The notes below the pieces were generated by a model, which saw only the letters and a program-made list of their open reading frames with translations, was not told where the DNA came from and ran no database searches. 64,000 bases of DNA from the human T2T-CHM13v2.0 reference genome, Homo sapiens: the NCBI RefSeq assembly GCF_009914755.1, contig NC_060926.1, one strand, 5' to 3'. The first letter of the stretch is position 1. The number at the start of each line of letters is the position of its first letter. Positions 53,601 to 64,000 of this stretch are shown piece after piece. The position numbers and the translations under genes were made by a program.

Positions 53601-55364
53601 TCTGCATAAGAGGTACTCATATATGCAAGGTCCCTTGGCCAGCCATGCAGGAATGGGGGATGGCCCCCTGACATGAAATAAGGGGGGTCCAGAGCTCTGA
53701 GAATAGGGACTGTGTATGGAGAGCATCCTGGTTCCCAGGAACCTGGAGGCTCTGGAATACGACAGCAGGAAGAACAAGTGGCGCTTGGAGCAGAGGCACA
53801 GCGGAGAGTGTGGGGGACAGCATGACCCAGGAACCCTCAACCAGGCTCCCACTTCATTGTCCATACCCGCTGTCCCAAGGGATGAGCCTCTCCTTGATCC
53901 TTTGGTCCCAAACCCATTTCTTCCTGCCTTATTTAGAGAGAGATAACAGATAACCTACAAAAGGAAATCCAAGTCAAATTGACACCAGATTTCTCCCGAG
54001 CAATGATATGTACAAGAAAACAGTGAAACTTTATTTTAGAAACTCCAGGCTGGTCTCCACTGAGTTTTGCTGGAGGAAGGAAGGGGCAGGTCCTGCATCC
54101 ACTCTTGGATTGAAAGGTTGGAGAAAGACACTCTTCAGTAGCCCTCTTAGAAGACATTTCCTGCCCATTTCAAAGATCTTTGAAAAGCTATGTGGAGCGG
54201 TCAGCTTAGCTTCCTAGGGTGGGTGAGATTGCAGGTGGCAGGATTAGAGTAAGCAGAGAGGAGAAGGAAGCATGCCTGGCGGGGAACTGCCCTGCAAAGA
54301 TCCACAGGCCAATAAGCTGGTATGCTGGACAACTGCGTGGCTTCTTTCTGGTGTTCTGGATGCTGCTTCAGAGCCCTCTTGCCTGGGAGCCTGATTGCTG
54401 TAGGTGACCCTAGGTTTGCACAGGACAGATCCTCCTTTTTCTGGCACATGTGGCTGTCACTCAAGTAGAGCCAGACTGTCACCTGTGGGCCCTGTGAGGC
54501 TTGTGATGGCATGGTACATACCACTAACCCTGTTCAGAGGTCAGGAGTCAGTCTCTGGTCCAAGTCAGCGTGAGTTTTGTAGCCAGGGTAGGGTTAGTCT
54601 TTGGACAAGGTCAGTTTTGTGGCCAGTATCAGAGGTTAGTCTTGGCCAGGACTGGAATCAGTCTGAGTCAGTTTCGGGATTGGTCTGTGGCCATGGTTGT
54701 GGTCAGTCTGAGGTCAAATTGATGTGACTAGAATCAGGGCTGAGTGTGGCTGGGAAGCAGTTGATCCTCAGTGTAGCTGGTGTGGATGAGACTTGCAGCG
54801 AGGCCTCAGCTGCTGAAAGGTCTCCCGCCCACTCCTCTGATGGATACTCTTGCCATATCCCGATGTTAGCATCTCTCACTTCCAAACTCCTTGGTGAAGC
54901 CTGGGGCAGTGGACAGCAGGGCTCCCGGGCCATGTGTCCCCATAACTGGATGACCTTAGCTTCTCACTGGCGGGCCTCCTGCATATGGCCTCAGTCTGAG
55001 GGGCCTTGGGAGGGCTATGGCGAATGGTTTTCCTGACTCTGGGCTTGACACCTGGAGGCCAGGCTTTGGAGTGGAATGTGGCCCATGGCTAGGGCTCTTC
55101 ACATCTGAAGAGCTGACTATGGACTCTTTGTAAGCCTTTAGCAAGGCTGAATGACAACCTCATCCTCTAAAATAACCAGGGACCTCACTCAAGGTAATTT
55201 CTCTGCCCAAGGAAAGTGGCAATCAAGCAGTTTCTTTGTCTGAAGCTCATGTCTTTTAATATGCTGTCCCAGAAACTGCCTATTCCAGAAGGAGAAGCAG
55301 GGACAACAAGCGGCTTGGAAGGCTGCAAACAGTTTCAACTTGTTCTGTCTTCCTGGCCTGTGGC

Positions 55365-56240
55365 TTATGATTGTGTGTGTTTATTTATTTTACATTGCTC
55401 CCATGCCATTAGAGTGTAAACCCCAGGAGGAGGGACTTTGTTGTCTTGCTCACTACTGTATCCTCAGTGCCTAGCAAAAAACTTGATGTGCGTTAGACAC
55501 TCATTGCATTGCTGCTGAATACATGAATGAATGTGTGTTTTACTTCTATCTCCCCTTCTGTCTTCCAAGTATTCACTGTGTCTTGTGGTTTCTGTTTCCT
55601 ATTGATGTCTTGGGACTGCCTACCTCTCCCTACCTCCTACCTCCATCAGCTGAGTTCGGGCTGCTGCCATTGTTCCCCTGGATGTCCACAGTGCCTCTTA
55701 AGTGGCCTGCCCACATCCCATCCAAGCCCTCTCCGATCCACTCTCCATACTGTGGCTGGAAGGATCCTTGTAACATATAAATAGATCAGGCTACCCCCTG
55801 GTTAAAACCCTTCAGTGGCTTCCTATTGCCCTGAGAAGTTCCCTTAACACAGAGTCCAAGGCATGATTTGGCCCCTACACACTTCTCTAGCCTCCTCCTG
55901 TCTCTCTTGTCTTTTCTTGTCTCTCTCTGTCTCATTCTGAGCGCCAGCCAGGCTGCCCTTCTTTCACATCCTCAAACAGCCCCCTTTCTTGCAGTTGGAG
56001 CCCTTTTATACACAGGGGTCCTACCTGGAGTCCCTCACCCCTCTGGCCCCTGCCACCCAGAGGCTCTCCTGACCCTATCCCCTGGCTAGGCTTCCTGTAC
56101 GTCCCTCATCTTCACGCTCTCCTTCTCAGCACACTTGATTCTGAGCATCTGCCAGAATAGCTCCTGGGTCTCATTCCCTCCGATACACACAGTGCTGCCT
56201 GGCATATTGTGGGCTCTTGGGGCATCTTTGTGGAATGAAG
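55365..56240 (+). mobile_element. L2 fragments including two 3' ends
   Basis: ctcactactgtatcctcagtgcctagc...gaatacatgaatgaatg; aaaacccttcagtggcttcctattgcc; cctggcatattgtgggctc...gaatgaa. Confidence 0.7.
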
Positions 56241-57589
56241 GGCCCAGTGTCTGACATTGGGACCCCAAAGTTGGCTGCACCGACCCTGCATGCCCTAGCC
56301 CCTTCCCCCACACAACTGCAGAAACCTTAACAGCCGCAGCTTGGGGAGGTTTAGCAGTTCCTCTCTGCAGGGTCCTTGCTGAACTGACATAGAGTACCTG
56401 GCCTGACTGTCAGGAACAGTGATGGGGAGGGCTTGGCACATCTTACTTTCTGAGTGGGGAGAGTGTGCCACTACTTCCCACAAGAGCACATACAAGGAGG
56501 ATTCCCCCGGATTGGAAGGAGGCTGAAGGCAGGAATGGTGGAAGTATGATAAGTATGGATCATATCCTGCTTAGAGAGAAAGTGCTGGGCTTTGTGGGAT
56601 TTGGAGGCGTAGGCAGTGAGGATAGTAATGAGGACAGGGATGTTCTCCTCAAATTCCCCATGGGACCCTGATGACTCCAGCCAAGGAAGGGCTGGCAGAA
56701 AAGTAGTACAGCTTGGTGACCTTGTGAGCTTGGGGACACACCTGGGTATGGATGGGGTCTCAGGGGACAATGGCAGCAAGGGCTGGGGTGAGCCTTCTTC
56801 AGGTGGCTTACAGGTGAGTAGACATGGATGAGGAGGAGGCTTGTTCTCAACTACAAGTGAGATGCTCCCTGGGACCTCCAGGGAGTGTAGGAGACACCAC
56901 CATGCAGAGGGGCTGAGATCTGGAGCTGTCTGCCTTGTTTACCACTGTCATAACTCCTTAGGTGGGCACACGACGGATTCTCCAAGTCTCACAACTCAGA
57001 ACCAAGCTCTGGCCCTGAAGGAGCAACTTGAGGGGCCCTGAGAGGAAACTGCTTGGTGCAGAGAAAGATTTGCAAGACTGTCAGCCCAAGCAGCCTGCAT
57101 GGCCAGGATCCTTCAGGGGAAGGAGGGGGTATGGGTAGGGAGGTCCATGGCTGCCATCTCTGAGGCCCCCACCTAGGTCAGGACCCTGGCTTGCTTCAGA
57201 GACCCCTCTGGGCTCTGGACTTCAAAACTTTCCATTTCTCTCATTTCCATTTCTGACTTGAGACCTCTTGGAGAAAAGGCCTCAGTGTCAGTCCTCCGGG
57301 GATGGGAAGGTGTCTGGGTCTTGACCAGCTCATCTGGGGAAAGAGATAACCTCTGTTATCCACCTCAGGGCACAGCCACGCTTCCTCCATCAAAGTGGCA
57401 CTTCCAGGAGACGCTGGCAGAGCATCGGTTTGTCTGCAGACTTCTCCTGAGCCTTGGGGTCCATCGTCACCGAGGCCCCTCAAGCCCCTCCCCTCCAGGC
57501 CTCTGGATATCACTTCCTTTGGGAACAGGAGATGCTAGCCGATTTGGGAAATGCTCACTGCAGAGGAGTCTGGCACTGTGTCCGGGTCG

Positions 57590-57840
57590 GCAAGGCTATA
57601 TTTAACCAGCTATATTTGCTGTCCCACTCACTTGTCCCAACCCGGCCCCGCCCGCCACCCCTCCCCCTCAGCAGCCTGTCCTGTCCCACTGGGGCCGCGC
57701 CGTCCTTGCTCACCCTGCTCCAGCTGTGCAATTGTGGTCTGGGCCACAGGCTATTTTTTGCTTGGTGCCAAAGATTATTCAGTTATCAGGAATGTGTGTT
57801 TAAGTGGCCGTCTCCGGAACAAGGATTATAAATAGGAACT
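57590..57840. promoter_or_regulatory. Candidate muscle/cardiac enhancer (MEF2, E-box, GATA, TEAD, NKX2-5, GC box)
   Basis: CTATATTTAA 57596, TTATAAATAG 57826, CCCCGCCC 57646, CAGCTG 57721, TTATCA 57783, GGAATG 57789, TTAAGTG 57800. Confidence 0.5.
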
Positions 57841-60459
57841 TGGGGTCAAGGCCTGGGCCCCAGTGTCCTCCTCTTTGTCCCAGTTCCTGTCCTGGCTCCA
57901 GGATTTTACTTGGGGTGAACACCATGAGGCCATGGTGAGGTTGTCTGGAGGAGAGGACCCCAGGGTGGGAGGCCAGAGGTCCAGGACTAAGAACACTTCT
58001 GACAGGCAAGTCACCTGATGTCTCTGGGACTTGCTTTCTCCATCTGGGCAATGGGGAGACTCAGGCTCATTCACTGAATGGCAAACAGGAAATAGATGGG
58101 CAAGAACTAGTCTTGGGAGTAAATGCGTAACAGTTCAATTTGCTTTTTGGGAGCTCCTGGTCTTTTGGTGGGACTGTGCCTAGGTTTGATCTCAGCATTA
58201 AGTGGCCTAAGCAGGATGAAGTGGGCATATTTGGTCACAGGCACCCAAGATGAGGCTAAATCTTTCTCCTACAAGATGAGGGCTGCTTCCCAAGGTGCCA
58301 GTTATCACGGAGAACAGGCCCAGGTCAGAGGCCTTGACCCAGGCTGTTTGGTTGGTGAGTGTGGGCAAGGGTGCCTGGTGAAAATGGTTGGGCTGCTTCC
58401 TGGTGACTAGTGGCCCTTCCTATCCTGGGGAGAGCCATCTTCTCATGCCCTGGCTTGGGAAACTTTGGCTCTTTTTCCCTCCATCAGGGGAGGGTAAGGA
58501 GGGATGTCAGGGTTCCACCCAAATGCTGGGGTGGGCCAGGCCCTGGGGGCGCCATACAGCTGCCCTAGGCTCCTCACCACACTCCTGCCTCTGAAGAGGG
58601 TGGTGCAGGGGAAGGACATGCTGCCATCCTTTCACCTCAGTTTCTCCACTGTCAAATGGCAGAAATAATGTACAGCCTCCCTCTCTGGAGCTGTTAGGTA
58701 TGAGAGTGATCTAAAAGGATATTCAATCATTCATTATCACAATAAATGAGAATGACATTCTGAGCAGAAAGGCCTTGGTTGACCTGAGGGGTCGTAGCCT
58801 CCCGATGTCACCAAACTTGGCCAAACCCCAGCAGTCCTGTGGCTTCAATCCCCATACACTGTGTCTCCGTTTTCCCCTTGGGTGCAGACGCTTTCATTGC
58901 TCTCCTCGCCCAGTGGTCTTTGTCACCCTTCCCCTTCACTCTGGCAAATCTCAGGCCTGGATGACTGATTGATCTGGGATACAACTATGGAGACCTCTCC
59001 TCCACCCATTTGGAACTCTAAACTCAGCAGGAACTTAGCTCTTCCCCCTATTCAGGTAGGGCCAGTACCTGTCCCATACTCTCACCAGGACAGGACTGCA
59101 TTGCCAGCTATGGCATTGCACCTGCAGCTCCACCCCTTGCTCTGGGGCCATTTATGTACAGAAGAGCCTCTTCTTTCTGATAATGTTGGTACATTAAATG
59201 TGTACTGTAATGAGATGAAATTGACTTTTATATCTTGGTAAGACTTTTCATTTAAATTTTCGAGTAAGATAAAAGATTCTTTGACAGACTACATTTTGGA
59301 TTTTTTTAAAAAGTGGCCATAAATGGGGTAGTGGGGCATTCCCTAGTGGAGGTGAGAATTGGGCAGGGGTCTGTTCCCCAGGCTGGGAATGCAGAGGGCT
59401 CCACAGTGTTTGACCAAGCTAGCTGCCTGGCAGGGGAGAGTTGTGGAGATGGCAAGTCCATGGAGTGTCTCCATGACAGGCTCCAGGGGAGTCCTTGCTG
59501 GGTCGTTGCCAAGGGTGTCCTTTGTGTTTTCCTCTGGGGGCTGTTCTAGCTTGGTTTGACAATTCTGAAGGTCCTAGGGGACCTCCATCTATCTCCACAG
59601 GCAAGAGCAGGTGCCATCAGAGGGGATTTTCCCTTAGTATTGGAGAGTGGGGGTGGGTAATCAGTAGAGAAAGAGAGAGACAGAGAGAGGGCATGCTTAG
59701 CTTATTCCAGATCCCTACTTCCCAGCTGGCCCCAGGTCCTGGCTGCTCCTCAGCCAGCTCCTGGGGCAGTTTTGTAGAAGAGAATGTGGACTTGTGCTCA
59801 GCAACCACCAGGATTCAGTCATACATAGCACTGGATGGAGATGGAGGCTTGAACAGTTTTGAATAGTTTTCTCCGAGGGCTCAGCTGCCACCTCCTTTTC
59901 CTACAAGGTCAGCATGACCCCCAGACGAGAACCTTCCTCAGCCCCCTGCCCTGTAGTTCCCATAAAGAATAAGTGATTTCCTTTCTTTTTCCAGGGTGAA
60001 TGCTTTCCTCATTCCTTGGCTCTTGGCTGTATCACTGCAATTCTGCTCTCATTGTCAGGCTGCCTTCTCCTATTTTCTCCTCTCTGTCTCCATCAGTCCA
60101 AGCTGGCAGTATTTCTGCTGGAATAACAGCCTCAAGCACCCTGCTTTGGTGACCCAGCCTGGGCCTTCCTCCCCTCCTGTCAGACCCGCAGCTTGGACTC
60201 ACTGCCCTCGACTGCCTACTTTGGATAACAGGCCTTTACTTTGGCCTTGTGCTTCCCCCCTGGCCTGGCGGCCCCTCTTTTCAAATGAGGCTGAGCCATG
60301 TTCCCAAGGCTAGCACTAGGGACAAGGAGAAATGGTGCTAGCACAGGCCTGCCCCAGAGCCCCTGGAGGCAGGGCCAAGATTCTAGACCTGGGCCACACT
60401 GCCCATAGGCAAGTCGGCTCTTTGCAGGCAAAGGCAGGATCAGGAAACTGGACTATTAG

Positions 60460-60600
60460 TCTTTACAACAGCTCTATGGGGTGGGCATTGCCATCACTGG
60501 TTTATGGATGAGGAACCTGAGGCTCAGAGAGGAACAGAGGGTGACCTGAGGTCACATAGCCAATAACAGACAGAGCTTGGACTGAAAACCTGGTGTTGCT
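60460..60600 (-). mobile_element. MIR
   Basis: tttatggatgaggaacctgaggctcagagagg...tgacctgaggtcacatagc. Confidence 0.75.
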
Positions 60601-62454
60601 GCCTGCCCCTCAGCCTCCTTCACTGTAGAAGTATAAAGAGCCTTGTTGAGAGACTACTGCCTCCAGCCCCAGGACCACCCTAAGACCTGGGCAAGAAGGA
60701 CCTCATGCCTTGTAGCACTCGCCTTGAAATCTTCTAGGTTTCTATCTGTAGCTGGAACTGACCAGGACTGGCAGTGCCATCTAGCTGGGGCATCCTCAGC
60801 TTGAACTGGCACCTGTGTGGGCCCCAGTCCCTGTTTCTCCTCCTTGGGGTACCCTCTGACACTCAAACCCATGTGTGAGGTTGACTAGATGTACCAAGGA
60901 GCAATGGGCCTCATGCCTGTGCAGTCATCTTGGGGCCACATAGCTGGACTTGGTTCCTGGCAGGCAGTCTGGTGAGTGGATTGCTCCCCTGGCTGGTGAA
61001 GAATTTTTTATGTGGGATCACATGAAATTGGGCTTTCAGAATGGTGCTGACATGCTGATTTTGAATGACTCAATTGTTTATATAGACAGGAGCCTGGCAA
61101 GAAAATATTTGCCCAGGGTCCCATTCACCCTAGGGAAGGCTCTGCCATCTCCCTGACATTAAGCCATCTTGCTGTATTGTTGCTTATTGTACTGAAATTG
61201 ATTTTCCCTTTGTTGCTTTGAAACCTCTTTAGAAAGACCTACACCAAGGGAGATTTCCCAAATTCCCTTTATTACCCCCTCCCCACCATGTTTCACAATC
61301 CTTAGATTTTAAAATTGAATCCAGATCTGACTTCCAGGCCCTAGTTCTTCAGCTACAACAATATCCCTTTGTCCTGGCCTCAGTGGACAGTGCTTAGCCC
61401 CATTCGACCTTTAGCCTTCTTGCAAAAAAGCAGGAGGCCCACTTACACCCTGGGATTTCCAGGAGAACAAAGATGTGATAAAACCTGCCAGAGATCACAT
61501 GGTTGCCCAAGGAGGTTTGGGATTTTCATCTACAGCTATTATTTCCACCTTGATATGGGGCACTCTGGGTTATCCGTGGAGGCTGTGGTCAAAGGGACCC
61601 CATGGGGCAAGCATCCTTTGCTCTTGGTAGCCACTCCTCTTCTCCTCTCTCTGTAGCCTGCTTGTCCAGTCCTGACCCCCTGGCTTCTTTCTAACACATG
61701 CCCTGGCCCATGCTCCCCAGTGAAGTTGGGATGAGGGCTTGGAATGGAACAGCCATTAAGGGCCCTACATCCAGGGAGTGGTTGTCCCCTGGTAGATAGA
61801 GGTGAACGGACCATCCTTCACCCCGGGGAGGTCAATGCTGTGAACCCATATTTCCTTCCCAGCAGCATCTGCCCTTGGGCCCCTCTCTGAGCCTCTTTGT
61901 CTCTCTCTTCTCAGTGGGGCTGTCAAAAGCTGAGCCTCACAGGTTGTGACTAATCACTAGCAGATTTTTTTTCCATCCAAGAAGAAGAAAAAGCTGAAGG
62001 AGATGAAGAAAAACCCCAACAGTGAATAACTCGGAAGAGTTTCCAACATGTGGGTGTTTTTCTGGGACCAAAGATCAGGAAGATTCCAAATGTAAACAAT
62101 CCCAAAATAACTCAGCTCTCCCAACCCCAGGCATTCCCAGGACTGGATGTCCACACTCCTTCTCTTTCCCTCAGGGAACCCAAGGTCAGGGAGAGGTGGC
62201 AGGGCTTGTGTATTGGGAAGAGTTGCTGGGGACTTCAGGCAAAGTAAAGGGTCTGCCTTTACTTTGTAAAGGCAGGAATTTAGTCTTATTCATCAGATAA
62301 CAGTGATTATCTCTTTGTTTGAGAGAGGGGCTTCTTCCTGTCTCATCAGACCAGATTGCCCTGGGATTAGAGACCATGACTATGACTTTTTTTTTTTTTT
62401 TTTGCTCAGAGTCATATCCCATCGTGCTTAAACCAAGCTCCTGAGATTTCTTGC

Positions 62455-62675
62455 CAGCATAATGTAATGGAAAGAACATGGACTTTGAAGTCACACAGGG
62501 TTGGAATCTTGGCTCCACTGCTTATTAACTGTGTGGCCTTGAGTACATTATTTAGCATCTGGGAATCTCAGTTACCTCCTTATAAAACCGGGGCAATGAT
62601 TCTTACCCAAGAAGATCCTCTTTCTAACACACCTAGTATGATGCCTCTTGCCTAGAAAGGGCTCAACACATGTTC
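62455..62675 (+). mobile_element. MIR
   Basis: aatggaaagaacatggactttgaagtc...ggctccactgcttattaactgtgtggccttgag...tctcagttacctcc. Confidence 0.75.
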
Positions 62676-62879
62676 CCTGTCCCCTTCTCTCTACCCATGA
62701 ATGTGACTTGAGCTGGAGAAATCAGTAACTTCTTTTCTACCACTTTCTTTTCTGAAAGAAGTAGAGTATGTGTGTTCAAATGTGGAAATCACTTCTTTAT
62801 GTTACTGAAAATCACTATGGCAACTCATGAGAGAAGGATATATTCAATAAAGAACGTAAAACATCTTTCTAAAGGAGAT

Positions 62880-63240
62880 AATGCTGGAGGATGGTTCAAG
62901 TCTTGGTGAAAATGATGGAGGTGATGACAGTGTAGTTGATGGTGAGATAATGATGGTGAAGAGAGTGGTGGTGGTGGCAGAAGTGACCGTAGTGATAAAA
63001 ATCATGGAGGAGATGATGGAGAAGGTTCATAAAGTGATGGTAGAGGTAGTGGTAAAAGTGGTAATGGAGGCTATGATGCAGGTAATGGGGAAGTAAAGGT
63101 GAGGATAGTGGTGGTGATGGGGATAAAAGTGATTGATGGTGATGGTGGTGATGAAGGCTATGTTAGAGGTGACAATGTTTGCTTGTTTAGGATGATGGAT
63201 AAGTTACACTTGATTTGGTGTCATGGTGAGACAGGGTGAT
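62880..63240 (+). repeat. (GGT/GAT)n low-complexity tract
   Basis: gatggtgatggtggtgatg-type degenerate trinucleotide repeat. Confidence 0.8.
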
Positions 63241-63399
63241 TTGTGATCAGGACTACCTCAACCAGTCTTCCACTCCAGTAGATGAAGGCACAGAGAAGGC
63301 AGGCAAAGCAAGGTAGAAGAATGCTTTATGATTAACTGTTACTTTGGCCCTAAACTACAATAGGGGACATTAAACTTCTTAATTGTAGCTGATTGAACA

Positions 63400-64000
63400 C
63401 ACATGTTTATTTTGGCTACCTCCAGAAGCCCCACTAAAATGTCATTAATATAGTTTTTTTTAAAGGCATAAATCCACAAGGAAAAAGAGAATGGGAAAGG
63501 AAACATCAGCAAATAAGAGAAGCTAACAATTTGGAAATTAGAAAGTAGATGGATGAATGGTATCTGACTTAGCAGACCACAGAAAACTGAAACCCAAGAC
63601 TGCAAGGGTGTGCGGGTAGATGGTAGAAACCAACAGGTAGCAAACTATTTCTAGCCACAGAATCCTACAGAGGACTGGGAGTTGGAGGCACCAGTTACTT
63701 CTGAAGGCACAGATTCAGAGTAAGGCTGAAAAATGGGAGGGTTGATTGCAAGTTTTTTAAAGAAGCAGTAAGAACCTCCCCATCCCAGATGTATTCCTTT
63801 ACTCTGTTCATTCAGGTAATCGTCCCTTCCCAGGCTGGCAGAAAACAGAGAATTTATGCTCTGAGATGTTAAACCAGAAAGGTTCTGGGCACAGGGGCAC
63901 CAGACACAGTTGAGGGAGGAGAGAGGAGCCAATATGAAAACAGGGATATTAAGGATAAATTTGTTTTCTGAAAGGTGAGGCTGTTAGCTCTCTTCTCATT
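63400..64000 (+). mobile_element. Probable ancient L1M 5'-region fragment, running off the window
   Basis: A-rich, aaaggcataaatccacaagg...gatggatgaatgg...tgacttagcagacc; resemblance to consensus only. Confidence 0.35.

Noticed and set aside
53935-54040. Short stretch resembling L1 ORF1 (TYK...DFS region)
   Set aside because: Heavily decayed and frameshifted relic, too short to call with confidence; not a gene.

Overview
Human (primate) genomic DNA containing the 3' end of the dysferlin gene DYSF on the + strand, followed by about 36.5 kb of downstream intergenic DNA with no supportable protein-coding gene. Twelve coding exons (44-55, NM_003494-style numbering from recall) can be read directly. 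All have AG/GT boundaries and join in frame into 1449 nt (482 aa + TGA). They encode most of the last two C2 domains, the transmembrane anchor and the short tail NYAAMKLVKPFS*. The 3' UTR ends near 27460 after a non-canonical TATAAA signal. Two latent pseudoexons known from dysferlinopathy (PE44.1, PE50.1) are visible with the non-mutant alleles. The rest is old interspersed repeats (MIR, L2, L1M, Tigger/MER, MADE2, MLT1), only three Alus, microsatellites and a 21-bp minisatellite. Repeat family names and boundaries come from recalled consensus similarity and are approximate. I found no new multi-gene system. The best unexplained signals are a MEF2/GATA/TEAD/NKX2-5/E-box cluster at about 57.6-57.8 kb, a posterior-HOX/CDX motif cluster in intron 50, a candidate cryptic exon next to a 650-nt UG tract, a candidate in-frame microexon made by a 21-bp duplication, and a templated-insertion scar in intron 44.
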